Assembly (NCBI GenBank): GCA_035607285.1
Contig: DATNBZ010000204.1
Coordinates: 18,850 to 82,849, forward strand
Length of the DNA: 64,000 nucleotides
Source: Blastocatellia bacterium
Lineage (GTDB): Bacteria > Acidobacteriota > Blastocatellia > UBA7656
Reading direction: 5' to 3'
The translations under genes and the position numbers were made by a program. Shown here piece by piece: positions 26,908 to 37,565 of this stretch (the stretch's first letter is position 1; every line of letters starts with the position of its first letter). Under the pieces are notes generated by a model. That model was not told the origin of the DNA, searched no databases, and saw only the letters and a program-made list of their open reading frames with translations.

Positions 26908-27846
26908 TCACTTTATAAAGGTCTCGCTCACGGGTTCTCGCGGAGCCTCAGCCTGTGCTTCAGCTTTGCGGCGCGGACGCGCAGGGCGAACGGCTTCGAG
27001 TAGGCTCCGCTGAGGCTCCAGAGCCTCCCGAATAAGCTCGCGTAGCGAACTGCTATTGAGATAACGGGTGATCTCGCCGTTCTGAACGAAAGAGATCACG
27101 CCGGTCTCTTCGCTGACGACAATCGCCGCGGCATCGGTGTCTTCAGTGACGCCGATCGCGGCGCGATGCCGCGTGCCCAGTTCCTTGGAAAGTTTGGGGT
27201 TCAGCGTAAGCGGCAGGAAGCAGCTCGCGCCTTCGATTTTGTAGTTCCGAATGATGACGGCGCCGTCGTGCAGCGGCGTGTGCGGGTCAAAGACCGTCAC
27301 TAACAGATCGTACGACAGCGCTGCTCTGAGCGAAACACCGGTATCAATGTAGTTCTGCAATCCCACGTTTCGCTCGAGCACAATCAGCGCGCCTATCTTA
27401 CGTGATGACAACGTCATCGCCGCAAGCACAATGTCGTCGTAAGCCTCGCGGCTGCCCTTGGCGTGCGCGAAGCGGAAGGGTCCCACGTTTGATCCAACTC
27501 GCATTAGTGCGGAACGTATTTCAGGAGCGAAGATCACCAGGATCGCGAAACCGAAATACAGAAGTGTGTTTCGCATCACGAACTGGAGCGTGTCGAGTCC
27601 CAGCACAACGGAAACCTGATAGAGCAAACCGACACCCAGCAGACCCACGGCCATCTGCACGGCCCGAGTGCCGCGCACCAGCTTGAGCAAACCGTAAATG
27701 ATTGCCCAGACAACCACGAAGTCAATGAGGTCTGCGATTCGAAGTTGTTCGAGGAATCTCCAGAGTTCTGCGGAACGGCTCATTTCGTTATCGGGTCCCT
27801 GGTACGCTATGGTATTCGCACGACTGCTCATAATCAAGCTGAACAC
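26908..27846 (-). CDS. cdaA: diadenylate cyclase CdaA (DisA_N/DAC domain)
   Basis: Three N-terminal TM helices and the DAC motifs HDGAVII and GTRHRAAIG. The start is uncertain (GTG 27846 or ATG 27783). Confidence 0.9.
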   Translation of the reverse strand: MFSLIMSSRANTIAYQGPDNEMSRSAELWRFLEQLRIADLIDFVVVWAIIYGLLKLVRGTRAVQMAVGLLGVGLLYQVSVVLGLDTLQFVMRNTLLYFGFAILVIFAPEIRSALMRVGSNVGPFRFAHAKGSREAYDDIVLAAMTLSSRKIGALIVLERNVGLQNYIDTGVSLRAALSYDLLVTVFDPHTPLHDGAVIIRNYKIEGASCFLPLTLNPKLSKELGTRHRAAIGVTEDTDAAAIVVSEETGVISFVQNGEITRYLNSSSLRELIREALEPQRSLLEAVRPARPRRKAEAQAEAPREPVSETFIK

Positions 27847-27857
27847 CTCGCGGATAC

Positions 27858-27982
27858 AGTGTGTTGCTCCTCACAATCGCGTTCCTCCCTGCGTCCTCGG
27901 CGTCCTCCGTGGTTGATTCCCCAGCACCGATCCAAGATTAACCGCGGAGGACGCAGAGGACTGCTTGCCGGCAAAACACACT
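27858..27982. repeat. palindromic intergenic repeat, family A
   Basis: Outer pair agtgtgttgc/gcaaaacacact. The inner arms are ccctgcgtcctcggcgtcctccgtggttgattcc and ttaaccgcggaggacgcagaggac. Confidence 0.9.
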
Positions 27983-28284
27983 AATGCACCGATACCACCT
28001 CGCGAGCCGATATTTGGCGGGGAACTTTGCCGCGTCCGTGACCCACTCACCCGCCAATGCGAGTCTTTTGCGAACAGACGGTGCGTGAAGTCAATACGAA
28101 AGATCCATCAAAGTGATCGAATCTTATTTTTTCTAAATTAAGGCAAAGGGCTGCCATTAGCTGCGATTTGAGCCGGCAGTAAGGTCGTTAGAAGGCCGAA
28201 ACTGTGGCCTTGCATGAATGCGTCGAAGCTATGGCATCAAGCTTGCTCATCTGATTGGCGTTACTTTCGATTCGGTGATCAATC

Positions 28285-28455
28285 ATGACGGTGAAGCTAA
28301 TAAAACGAACAGAAGCGGTAGAGGACAGGGTCAAACCAGATCAGCCGCCTACGCCCCGCCAACTCGTGCAAACGGCTCAAAGCTGGGTTGCCGAGTTCAA
28401 GAGGCGAAAGGCAGTCAACAGGCCATCGCTTGACGCGTTGATGAAACACGCTTAG
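28285..28455 (+). CDS. candidate small ORF (56 aa), unannotated in the ORF track
   Basis: ATG at 28285 to TAG at 28453-28455. The product MTVKLIKRTEAVEDRVKPDQPPTPRQLVQTAQSWVAEFKRRKAVNRPSLDALMKHA looks more protein-like than the two overlapping track ORFs, but there is no clear SD. Confidence 0.2.
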   Translation: MTVKLIKRTEAVEDRVKPDQPPTPRQLVQTAQSWVAEFKRRKAVNRPSLDALMKHA

Positions 28456-28465
28456 AAGCGGTGTG

Positions 28466-29962
28466 TCATTCACTTGCGCCTGCGCCGGTAACTTCAAGCC
28501 GGTTTCCGAAAGGCCACTCGCGACGTCGCCGCGATCTCAACAAATAAATCGCGAGACCTACGATAAGCAAGATTACAGCGTACCTGACTTCCTTCTGAAA
28601 GTTCGGTCTCGATATCAGCACATATACGAACCCCGCGAACGCGAGCAGGGCGGGAAGCGGATAAAGCCACATCCGAAACGGTCTGTCCATATCCGGTTTG
28701 CGGATTCGCAGGACGATCACCCCGATCGTCTGAGCCAGGAATTGCACCATAATCCGGATCACTACCAGCGCGGCTATCACGTCAACCAGCTTGAAAAAAC
28801 AAAACACGACCGCCACCGAACCAAGAACCAGAAGCGACACGTGCGGAAAGCGGTGCTTTGCGTGAACGCGGGAAAAGACTTTGAAGTAATTTCCGTCAAG
28901 CGCCGCGGCGTACGGGACCCGCGAATATCCAAGCAGCAGGGAGAACACCGAAGCGAATGCCGTCCAGATCACCAGCAGACTCGCCGCGATAGCCGCGCGA
29001 CGCCCGTATAGCTGCTCCATGAACTCCGCGATCGGCTTTTTTGAAACCGCCAGCTTCTGCCACGGCATCACGCCGAGGATGCTGATATTCATCACAATAT
29101 AAATAGCCGAAACGGCGACGATCGAATAAATGATGGCTCGAGGAATCGTCCGTCCGGGGTTCTTAACTTCGCCGCCAAAAAAACAGACGTTGTAATAGCC
29201 CCAGTAGTCATAGACGGCGATGAGCATCGCGGAACCGAGCCCCATGAAAAAGGCCGGCGACAATTTGAACGCATCCGGCGGAAAGGTGAATGCCAGGTTG
29301 CTGTCGAAGTGAGTCACGCCCGAAAAGACCACCCAGCCTACGGTGGCGATCACTCCAACCCAGAGGAACTCAGACAGTCGCCCGATGACTGTAATCTTGC
29401 GATACAACAGAACTACTGCCGTCACACAGGCGCCTACCGCTACAAGTGCGGCAGCCGGTGCTATTTGCTTCACGTCAAATGAACCGAGCCACCCGAGGCC
29501 GAAGTGCAGGTCACTCGCGTCTTCGAGCCTGGGCCAGATGTAGCCCGCATATTGCGAGAGGCCAATGCAACCGGATGCTATGGAAAGCGGCGCGCTGAAC
29601 GTGAGCTGCCAGATGAAAAGAAACGACATCATCCGGCCGAGCTTCTGTGGATTGTAAATCTCTTTCAAAAATCCGTAAGGCCCGCCCGAGTTCGGCATTG
29701 CCGCTCCCAATTCGGCCCACACGAGTCCATCACACATAACAAGCACGGCGCCGAATATCCATCCAAGCATCGCTTGCGGACCATTCATTGCCGATATGAT
29801 CGCCGGGATGGTTATGAACGGGCCCACGCCAATCATGTCGATCATGTTCAGCGTTGTTGCGCTCGCGAGTCCGACTCCGCGAATCAGCCGAGGGTCATTA
29901 CCTTCGGGACCTTCACTCATTCCAATGCGATTGGAGTCTTCAGCCTTCAGACTGTCCGGCAT
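28466..29962 (-). CDS. APC superfamily amino acid permease
   Basis: 498 aa with about 12 TM helices. The N-terminal GLASATTLNMIDMIGVGPFITIP motif is typical of APC transporters. Confidence 0.85.
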   Translation of the reverse strand: MPDSLKAEDSNRIGMSEGPEGNDPRLIRGVGLASATTLNMIDMIGVGPFITIPAIISAMNGPQAMLGWIFGAVLVMCDGLVWAELGAAMPNSGGPYGFLKEIYNPQKLGRMMSFLFIWQLTFSAPLSIASGCIGLSQYAGYIWPRLEDASDLHFGLGWLGSFDVKQIAPAAALVAVGACVTAVVLLYRKITVIGRLSEFLWVGVIATVGWVVFSGVTHFDSNLAFTFPPDAFKLSPAFFMGLGSAMLIAVYDYWGYYNVCFFGGEVKNPGRTIPRAIIYSIVAVSAIYIVMNISILGVMPWQKLAVSKKPIAEFMEQLYGRRAAIAASLLVIWTAFASVFSLLLGYSRVPYAAALDGNYFKVFSRVHAKHRFPHVSLLVLGSVAVVFCFFKLVDVIAALVVIRIMVQFLAQTIGVIVLRIRKPDMDRPFRMWLYPLPALLAFAGFVYVLISRPNFQKEVRYAVILLIVGLAIYLLRSRRRREWPFGNRLEVTGAGASE

Positions 29963-30039
29963 CTTGATTCCCTTTAATCGGAGAATTAGCTTACGAGCCC
30001 GCGTCGTTGACGATGTCGGGCAAGCTGGGCCGTTATTGC

Positions 30040-30196
30040 GTAGTGGGTATTAGTGTGTTGCTCGCTCACATTCGCGTTTCTCCTCTGCGTCCTCGGCGTC
30101 CTCTGCGGTTGATTCCGAGCCACTGAGCAGGAAAACCGCGGAGGACGCGGAGGACGCAGAGGACTGCTTGCTGGCAACACGCTAATACCCCACTAC
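30040..30196. repeat. palindromic intergenic repeat, family A (most complete copy, about 157 bp)
   Basis: Outer pair gtagtgggtattagtgtgttgc / gcaacacgctaataccccactac. The inner arms are ctcctctgcgtcctcggcgtcctctgcggttgattcc and aaaaccgcggaggacgcggaggacgcagaggac. Confidence 0.95.
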
Positions 30197-30260
30197 CCGC
30201 TATTGGCTGAGAGAGTGTAGACGAAAAATTGTGAAAGCGAAAAACGGATTTGCCTCGCGG

Positions 30261-31186
<926 letters not shown>

Positions 31187-31190
<4 letters not shown>

Positions 31191-32065
31191 CTTACCTTGT
31201 CCTGAAGAGGCAAGCGTCTCTTAATGTCATACTGAGTCTGCGTGATGTCGACACTGTCGGCCAGAATTGCATCAACTCGCCACACACCCATCACGGTGTC
31301 GCCGACCTTCGCGCGCTTGATCTCCTTGGTCGCGTTGAGCTCAAACACAGCGTAATTTGCCTGCGGTTGATTGAGAGGACCGAGTCTTCCTTTGTAAATG
31401 AATCCGGGCTCCGGCGCCGCCTGAACGACAAGCACTAACGCATTCGAGTTTTCGGCGGGATTGCTCTGAGATTTCACATCGATGTTGATGTTCTGCTGAG
31501 ATGCGTAGTCGCCGGGAGTAATATCGACAGATAGCTGCGTCTCGCTGACGCGCTTGGTTGCACGAGGTCCGCCGTTGAAAAAGACTTGTGCGTCGGCGGG
31601 AATCTTGTTGCCGCTCACGAGCACGGTGACAGGGCGCGGCGTACCTGCAACAAGTGACTGAGGCTGCACCGCGGTAAGCTGTATGGGAGGAGGAGGCGGC
31701 GGTGGTATCGGTGGCGGCGGCGGCGCTACATAGAAAGCAAAAATGTTCCCGCGGCTGCCTACCTCGCTTTTGCCGCCCGCGTTTGACACGAACCTGAGCG
31801 GTGTCAAATCCGAAAGCATCGCCTGCACCAGGGCTTCTTGCTCCGCCGCAGCGCCAGTTGGCCGCTTTTGCGAAACCGACGGCGCCGACGCAGTCAGCGG
31901 CAAGGTCGTTCCGCTATTCGAACTTCCAGCCTGGGGCGTCAACTTGGGCCGCGGCGACGGTCCGCTCAAGAAAACCTCATACACAAACACTACAACGAGA
32001 ACGAGGCCCAGCACCCCGAGCGCGATACGTTTGACCTTTTCTGAAGATCTTCCTCGTTGAGCCAT
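31187..32065 (-). CDS. PilP/GspC-like membrane-anchored protein with polyproline linker
   Basis: A TM anchor IALGVLGLVLVVVFVY, a PPPPPIPPPPPPPI run, and a C-terminal beta segment GFIYKGRLG...YAVFELNATKEIKRAKVGDTVMGVWRVDAILADSVDI that resembles the PilP/GspC HR-domain pattern. Confidence 0.45.
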
Positions 32066-32104
32066 GATTACTACTCCAAACAAAAACGGACTCAAATCCG
32101 TCGC

Positions 32105-32824
32105 TTACATCGGTTGAAAATATGCCACCATCTCGATCGTAAGCATGATCCCGGTCACTCCCTCTCCTCGCCCGCGTCTGCTGCTCGTTCTGGCTTCCTG
32201 ATTTGTAAGCGTGATCGAGTCGATTACCAGAAACTGTTTCTCTCGTTCAAGATCGTTGATGAACGCGCGGACTTGCGGATACTGCCCGAACACCGTGAAT
32301 CGAAAGCTCACGCTTGGAAATGCGGTGAGAATCTCGTCGGCTTTCTTACGTATGGCGGGACCCTTCTTGTCAGACTTTCCGTCCTTATCGCCGGTTTCGC
32401 CGATACTGGCGCCCATATCGATCCCGCTCGTAAGTGTAACGGTATTTTTTTTCGCGAGAGCGTTGATCTGTTTTATGAGATCGATGCGCCCGGTCGAAAA
32501 CGGTTTGAGATGTCCATTCTTGAAGGTCTCGAGACTCTCGACTGCATCCTTCGCCATATCCGAAGGCGTAGCCTGCTCGGTGCCGGGTGGCTGGGCATTG
32601 CCGAGGATGCTCTTCTGCTGAAGTGCAAACTCTGCTTCCAAAGCGTGCAGCCGATCCTGCTGAGGCTTTACTGAACTGAAATAGTAGAACACCGCCCACA
32701 CAAGCAGCGCGATACCAACGAGAGCGGCAATCGCTTCGGGCGCAGACAAGCCAAAAGGAATCCTGGCCGGCCTGACCGCGCGGATCTCGGAGCGGACAAT
32801 TCTATCGCGTACTTGTGTGCTCAC
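32105..32824 (-). CDS. PilO/GspM-like pilus/secretion assembly protein
   Basis: A single TM helix (AIAALVGIALLVWAVFYYF), a coiled coil, then a C-terminal ferredoxin-like segment (FRFTVFGQYPQVRAFINDLEREKQFLVIDSITL) typical of PilO. The GTG start overlaps the pilN-like stop. Confidence 0.6.
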   Translation of the reverse strand: MSTQVRDRIVRSEIRAVRPARIPFGLSAPEAIAALVGIALLVWAVFYYFSSVKPQQDRLHALEAEFALQQKSILGNAQPPGTEQATPSDMAKDAVESLETFKNGHLKPFSTGRIDLIKQINALAKKNTVTLTSGIDMGASIGETGDKDGKSDKKGPAIRKKADEILTAFPSVSFRFTVFGQYPQVRAFINDLEREKQFLVIDSITLTNQEARTSSRRGRGEGVTGIMLTIEMVAYFQPM

Positions 32825-33420
32825 TGCGAATTACCTCGTCGAGGCCTGTAGGTGAGATTGAGTGTAAACGGCGTTTCACCATTCTCGGTGGTCGCCTCCT
32901 GGCCGGTCTCACCAACTTCAAAAAGGCCCCCCGACTTCTCGAGACTGACCATCATTTCGGTCATCTCGCTGGCAGTAGTTCCGATCGCCTTCACCTGGAC
33001 CCTCGCCATTGCCTGGTCGGTGGTGTTGGCAATCTCCTCTACTTTGATGCTTACGATCCTCGTATTCTTGGGGACATACTCTTCAATATCGCTGAGCATC
33101 CTGTTCCAGGAAAAAACCTTGCGCTGAATCAACTGGCGCGCAGCGGCGAGTTCGATGGCCTGCGGCTCGGTCACTACGACCTTTACCTGCTCTTTCTTAC
33201 GCCGCTCCTGCTCGTCTGTAGCCTCCTTCACAAGTTGTTTTTGTGAATCGATGCGGCGCTTCAGGTCGTCCGCTCTGACGATCGCGCTTCCCTTTTCGTT
33301 CGCGAACCACAACACCAGCCACAGGCTTGTGAAGTAGACCACAATCAGCGCGATCCAAAACAGACGGTGATTTGTGAAAGGCTGCGTAGAGAGGTTTAGT
33401 TTCGTTCGCATTCCATTCAA
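32821..33420 (-). CDS. PilN-like fimbrial assembly protein
   Basis: N-terminal KLNLSTQPFTNHR (INLLP-like motif), TM helix LFWIALIVVYFTSLWLVLWF, a coiled coil, and a typical C-terminal domain (FSWNRMLSDIEEYVPKNTRIVSIKV). Confidence 0.7.
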   Translation of the reverse strand: MNGMRTKLNLSTQPFTNHRLFWIALIVVYFTSLWLVLWFANEKGSAIVRADDLKRRIDSQKQLVKEATDEQERRKKEQVKVVVTEPQAIELAAARQLIQRKVFSWNRMLSDIEEYVPKNTRIVSIKVEEIANTTDQAMARVQVKAIGTTASEMTEMMVSLEKSGGLFEVGETGQEATTENGETPFTLNLTYRPRRGNSQ

Positions 33421-33650
33421 GAATACCCGACAACTGAGTTTGTTTGCCAGCTTTCACTACCGCTTCATTGCGGATTCACGTGTCGATGATCGCCGGCTCT
33501 AAGGTGTCAGGGGCTGCTAAGTTCAAGTTAATACGGGCAACTCCTGTCGGTGGCAAACGCATCTGCACGAAAGAAGTTCCAGTTGTTGGCGTGGGTCGGT
33601 GATTGCTGTTTCAATTCCGTTCGCAAGGGACCGTGTCCGGGGAAGAAGAT

Positions 33651-34928
33651 ATGAAAACCTGCCCGGTTTGTGCACTCGAGCTAGAAGACAGTTACCTGTT
33701 TTGCCCTGAAGATGGTTCAAGCCTGAGCGAGGTTGACGCGTCTTCCACGGCATTTATCGGGACACAGCACAGCGAAGACACAGCTAACGTTGTGTTGTAC
33801 TGCCCGGCTTGCGGAGCGGAGTATCCCTTGACGTTTTCGCTGTGTCCCGTGCACGGCATGCCGCTAACCAAACAACGTATTCAGAGCCAAACCAAACAAC
33901 CCGCAATCGAAGCATCGGCGGTCCCGGTCAATGCCCAAACCATCGCTCTCAATCGGCAGGCGCTCATCACTCTTCATGAGAATACGCCAACCGATAATTT
34001 CGACCGCGGACTTGGGACTAACGTCGCCACAGTTTTCGACAGTCCCGCAAATAAAGAAATCATCGAACATTGTGAGAGCGATGTTGAAGCTTGCACTTCT
34101 TCTTTGCCGGGACCGGGTATCGAACCTCCGGCATTTTCGAGTGAAGCCCGCGACCGTGACCAGCCGGGCTTTCGGATCGCGGCAATCGCTACGATGATCG
34201 CGCTTGCGATCTTCGGGATTGTGGGGATCTATGCGCTGGTATCCAACCTGTCTCGGCGTCCGTCGCAGGCTGCGCGTCCGGCAAGCCAAAATGAAACCGC
34301 GCAGGAAGTACCGTTCGTTGTCACTCCTGAGGCAGCCCCCGACTCCAAAGACGCCGACACTCAGAAACAACCTGCAGCTTCAGCATCTGAAACGGCGACC
34401 GACCCTCCGGCTACTCGAGTCATCGAGCCAGAACGCAAGGAGACCACGTCGTCATCAAACGGGGAACGAAATCGAACTGCTCCTGACGCTCGACCAATTC
34501 AGCGAATGCCCTCGCCAGAAACTCGTGTGTCGACTCCATCCACGCAGGCTTCAGATGCTCCCGCGCCGGCGTCACCTCGCGGGAGCTCCCGCGAGTTTGA
34601 CTCGAGACTCGTTCGCGCGCGTTCCAGTAGAACTTCAGCGGGGTATCGATACGATCTGACTTTCAACATGCAAGAACAACTCGGACACTCGACTCAATGG
34701 CAGAGAGTGTTGATTACAACACGGTCCGCCAGCGGCGCCAGTCACACACAGGCGATACCATTCGTGCATCGCCTGGGGGCGACCGGCGCGCTGACATTCA
34801 CGATCAGCGTCGAGCTGACCGGCCGCTCAGAAGCGGATTGGCGCGGGCGGATAAACTGCACCACGCTCGGATGGGACAATACGGGCGCCCCGCTTCAAGC
34901 TACCTTCGTTGCCAATGTAACGCCGTGA
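33651..34928 (+). CDS. double zinc-ribbon, single-pass membrane protein of unknown function
   Basis: MKTCPVCALELEDSYLFCPEDG and YCPACGAEYPLTFSLCPVHG ribbons, TM helix FRIAAIATMIALAIFGIVGIYALV, a Pro/Ser/Thr-rich linker, and an unknown C-terminal domain of about 110 aa. Confidence 0.6.
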   Translation: MKTCPVCALELEDSYLFCPEDGSSLSEVDASSTAFIGTQHSEDTANVVLYCPACGAEYPLTFSLCPVHGMPLTKQRIQSQTKQPAIEASAVPVNAQTIALNRQALITLHENTPTDNFDRGLGTNVATVFDSPANKEIIEHCESDVEACTSSLPGPGIEPPAFSSEARDRDQPGFRIAAIATMIALAIFGIVGIYALVSNLSRRPSQAARPASQNETAQEVPFVVTPEAAPDSKDADTQKQPAASASETATDPPATRVIEPERKETTSSSNGERNRTAPDARPIQRMPSPETRVSTPSTQASDAPAPASPRGSSREFDSRLVRARSSRTSAGYRYDLTFNMQEQLGHSTQWQRVLITTRSASGASHTQAIPFVHRLGATGALTFTISVELTGRSEADWRGRINCTTLGWDNTGAPLQATFVANVTP

Positions 34929-34958
34929 AATAGCGGCTTTCTGAGTTCACTCTGTGAT

Positions 34959-35085
34959 GGGTGTTATTTCAAAAGCCGGACTTTCCACGTAGTAACGAAT
35001 TTTATTCGTTTCTGAGAATCCCAACGAATAAATTCGTTACTACGTGGGCGATATCCGTTGGAAGGCCCGCTCTTAATCACACCCC
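34959..35085. mobile_element. MITE-like element D1 (about 127 bp) with GGGTGTGATTAAAAGCGGACTT-type terminal inverted repeats
   Basis: The left end is gggtgttatttcaaaagccggacttt. The reverse complement of the right end is ggggtgtgattaagagcgggcctt. The internal palindrome is ccacgtagtaacgaatt...aattcgttactacgtgg. A near-identical copy is inverted at 46615-46738. Confidence 0.8.
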
Positions 35086-35192
35086 TCTGTCATTGCCCAA
35101 TCCTAACCGCATCGAAGCGGATTGCTGGTTGTGGTAGACTGGGCGGGCACCCGGACAATCAACCCGTAACCTATCGTCCCGTGGAGACGAAG

Positions 35193-35756
35193 ATGAGCTC
35201 GCCAATGAGGGTCACTGCCATCGCGTTCGCAATGATCGTTGCAGCCGCGACCTCCGCCCAGACTCCCGAGCCGGCCGCCCCACCCCACATTCAAATACTG
35301 AGTCAGAAGTGGTCGAAGATCGCGATTGTTCAGGACTCCGAAGAGCCGGACTACAACGTGATACCGGCGCCGTCGCGCTCTCCGGCGCCAAACCAACCTC
35401 GAACCCTGAAGGGGACTCGATACTTGTATGAGGCGAAGGTTAAGAACATCGGCGATCGGATAATTCGAGCAATGAGGTGGGATTATGTATTCGTAGATCC
35501 CAGTACACAGGAGGAAGTGGACCGCCGGCGCTTCTATAGCACGGTAACAATTCATCCTAACCACGAGAAGACACTCGAGGGCTATACGCGGTCCGCTCCA
35601 ATGTCGATGATATCCGCGCAGACGTCCGCGCCGGCGCTACGAAATGAACGAGTGGTCATCGAGTGCATTACCCTGTCGGATGGCTCAACCTGGCGACTGC
35701 CCTCCTTCAAAGGAAGCTGTAGTCCGGTTAAATCATCGAGGCCCTCGACGCGTTGA
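35193..35756 (+). CDS. hypothetical secreted protein
   Basis: Signal-like MSSPMRVTAIAFAMIVAAATSAQT. The start is set at 35193 because the upstream ORF extension lies inside MITE D1. Confidence 0.55.
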   Translation: MSSPMRVTAIAFAMIVAAATSAQTPEPAAPPHIQILSQKWSKIAIVQDSEEPDYNVIPAPSRSPAPNQPRTLKGTRYLYEAKVKNIGDRIIRAMRWDYVFVDPSTQEEVDRRRFYSTVTIHPNHEKTLEGYTRSAPMSMISAQTSAPALRNERVVIECITLSDGSTWRLPSFKGSCSPVKSSRPSTR

Positions 35757-35814
35757 TTCTGTTTTTTGGAATGCCGAGCGTATTCTCCTGCTGGCTTAAA
35801 TTGCATCGTAACTG

Positions 35815-37488
35815 ATGAGGCATATCGCTGGTCTTATTCTCGTTCTGATCTCAGGGCTCACGCTGCCCTCGCCCCCGACATCTTCAAGCGCCGGCGAGTC
35901 AGTTGGTTTTGCCAGATCACACATCACGATTCTCTCGACCACTGATCTCCACGGCAACATCTACCCAATTGACTACAACACAAACCAACCCGATGCGCGC
36001 GGACTCGCGCGGGTCGCGACGGTCATCAAGCAAATCCGCAGAGAAGAGCCGGACCTGCTATTGCTCGATTCCGGAGATACGATTCAGGGCACACCCCTCA
36101 CCTTCTATCACGCCAGGGTGAACAACAAACCTCCCGATCCGATGATGTCGGTGATGAGCGCGATGGGTTACGACGCGATGGCCGTCGGAAACCACGAATA
36201 CGAATTCGGTTGGGACGTGCTGAACAAGGCGCGCTCCGAAGCGAGGTTTCCATGGCTCTCGGCGAACACCTATAAGAAAGGCAGTGATGAAACTTACTTC
36301 AAGCCGTTCGCCATCAAGCAGGTGAATGGCGTCAGCATCGGTATTCTCGGGCTTACGACGCCGGGCATGCCGAGCCTCGATGATCCGGATCGCTATTATT
36401 CGAAGATCGAAGTGCGAGAACCGGTCAGCGAAGCGAAGAAGTGGGTCGCTCTGCTTCGTGACAAAGAACACGCTGATCTGGTGATCATCGCAATGCACAT
36501 GGGCCTTGAAGCCGACCTGCTGACCGGCGAAAGAAACCCGGGACAAATGCCAAATGAAAACGCCGCGATTGCGATTGCTCAGCAAGTCCCCGGAGTTGAT
36601 GTGATTCTGATGGGTCACACTCACCGTGAGGCGCCCTCGCTGTACATAAACGGTGTCCTGCTCGCACAGGCTGAGAAATGGGGTCACGTTGTCGCACGCG
36701 CAGATGTCTATCTCGAAAAGTCTAATTCATCCGGACGCTGGCAGGTCGTCGCGAAATCAGCTCGCCCGATTCCAATCGGAGAGAAGGTCGAAGCGGATCC
36801 TGAAGTCATTCGGATAGCCGAGCCTTATCATCGCGAAACGCAAGCATGGCTTGGCCGCGTGATCGGTCAGTCGGACGAAGAGCTTCGAGGGGGAGAAGAA
36901 CGATTCCGAGATACGGCAATTCTCGATTTGGTTCAGCGCGTGCAGTTGGAAGCGGGCCACGCGGATGTTTCGATGAGTATGAGTCTGAATTCGAAGGCGC
37001 GCATACCGAAGGGTCCGGTTACCATTCGCGACATCATTGGACTGTACGAGTACGAAGCCGCGCCAATAGTCGTCGAAGTGACCGGCAAGCAACTGAAAGA
37101 TGCGCTCGAGCATTCAGCTCGGCACTTCGGGCCGTACAAGCCGAACACACCAATCGACGACTTGATAGACCCGCGATTCCCGCCTTACACCTACGACGTC
37201 GCCGAAGGCATCGCTTATGAGTTGGACATATCGCGACCCATCGGCGAGCGCATTCAGAACATGAGCTTTCGGGGGAAACCAGTGGAACCGAAGCAAAAGC
37301 TTCTTCTCGCGACGATCACCTTTCGAGTCAACGGCGGCGCTGAATACACGATGTTCAAGGATGCGCGGGTGATCTCACGTTCGAGCAAAGAGCTTCGGGA
37401 GTTGATCATCGATTGGGTGAAGCGCTACGGTCACGTCCCGACTACAGCAACAAACAACTGGCGACTGCTGCCAGATGCCGCACGCTAG
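35815..37488 (+). CDS. bifunctional metallophosphatase / 5'-nucleotidase (UshA/CpdB-like)
   Basis: Calcineurin-like motifs are present: TTDLHGN, DSGDTIQGTPL, GNHEYEFG and GHTH. A C-terminal 5'-nucleotidase substrate-binding region follows. Confidence 0.9.
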   Translation: MRHIAGLILVLISGLTLPSPPTSSSAGESVGFARSHITILSTTDLHGNIYPIDYNTNQPDARGLARVATVIKQIRREEPDLLLLDSGDTIQGTPLTFYHARVNNKPPDPMMSVMSAMGYDAMAVGNHEYEFGWDVLNKARSEARFPWLSANTYKKGSDETYFKPFAIKQVNGVSIGILGLTTPGMPSLDDPDRYYSKIEVREPVSEAKKWVALLRDKEHADLVIIAMHMGLEADLLTGERNPGQMPNENAAIAIAQQVPGVDVILMGHTHREAPSLYINGVLLAQAEKWGHVVARADVYLEKSNSSGRWQVVAKSARPIPIGEKVEADPEVIRIAEPYHRETQAWLGRVIGQSDEELRGGEERFRDTAILDLVQRVQLEAGHADVSMSMSLNSKARIPKGPVTIRDIIGLYEYEAAPIVVEVTGKQLKDALEHSARHFGPYKPNTPIDDLIDPRFPPYTYDVAEGIAYELDISRPIGERIQNMSFRGKPVEPKQKLLLATITFRVNGGAEYTMFKDARVISRSSKELRELIIDWVKRYGHVPTTATNNWRLLPDAAR

Positions 37489-37565
37489 TGGCAGCCGCAC
37501 GCAACAGCGAGTCCCTTTCTTTCTAAACGGTTCCAAGACGATAGAATGCAACGAGGAGGTCAGTA

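Noticed and set aside
28218-28497. Track ORFs 28218-28433 (+) and 28297-28497 (-).
   Set aside because: They are mutually overlapping, have no ribosome-binding sites or motifs, and have low-complexity or odd composition. Only the third-frame 56 aa ORF is kept, as a weak candidate.
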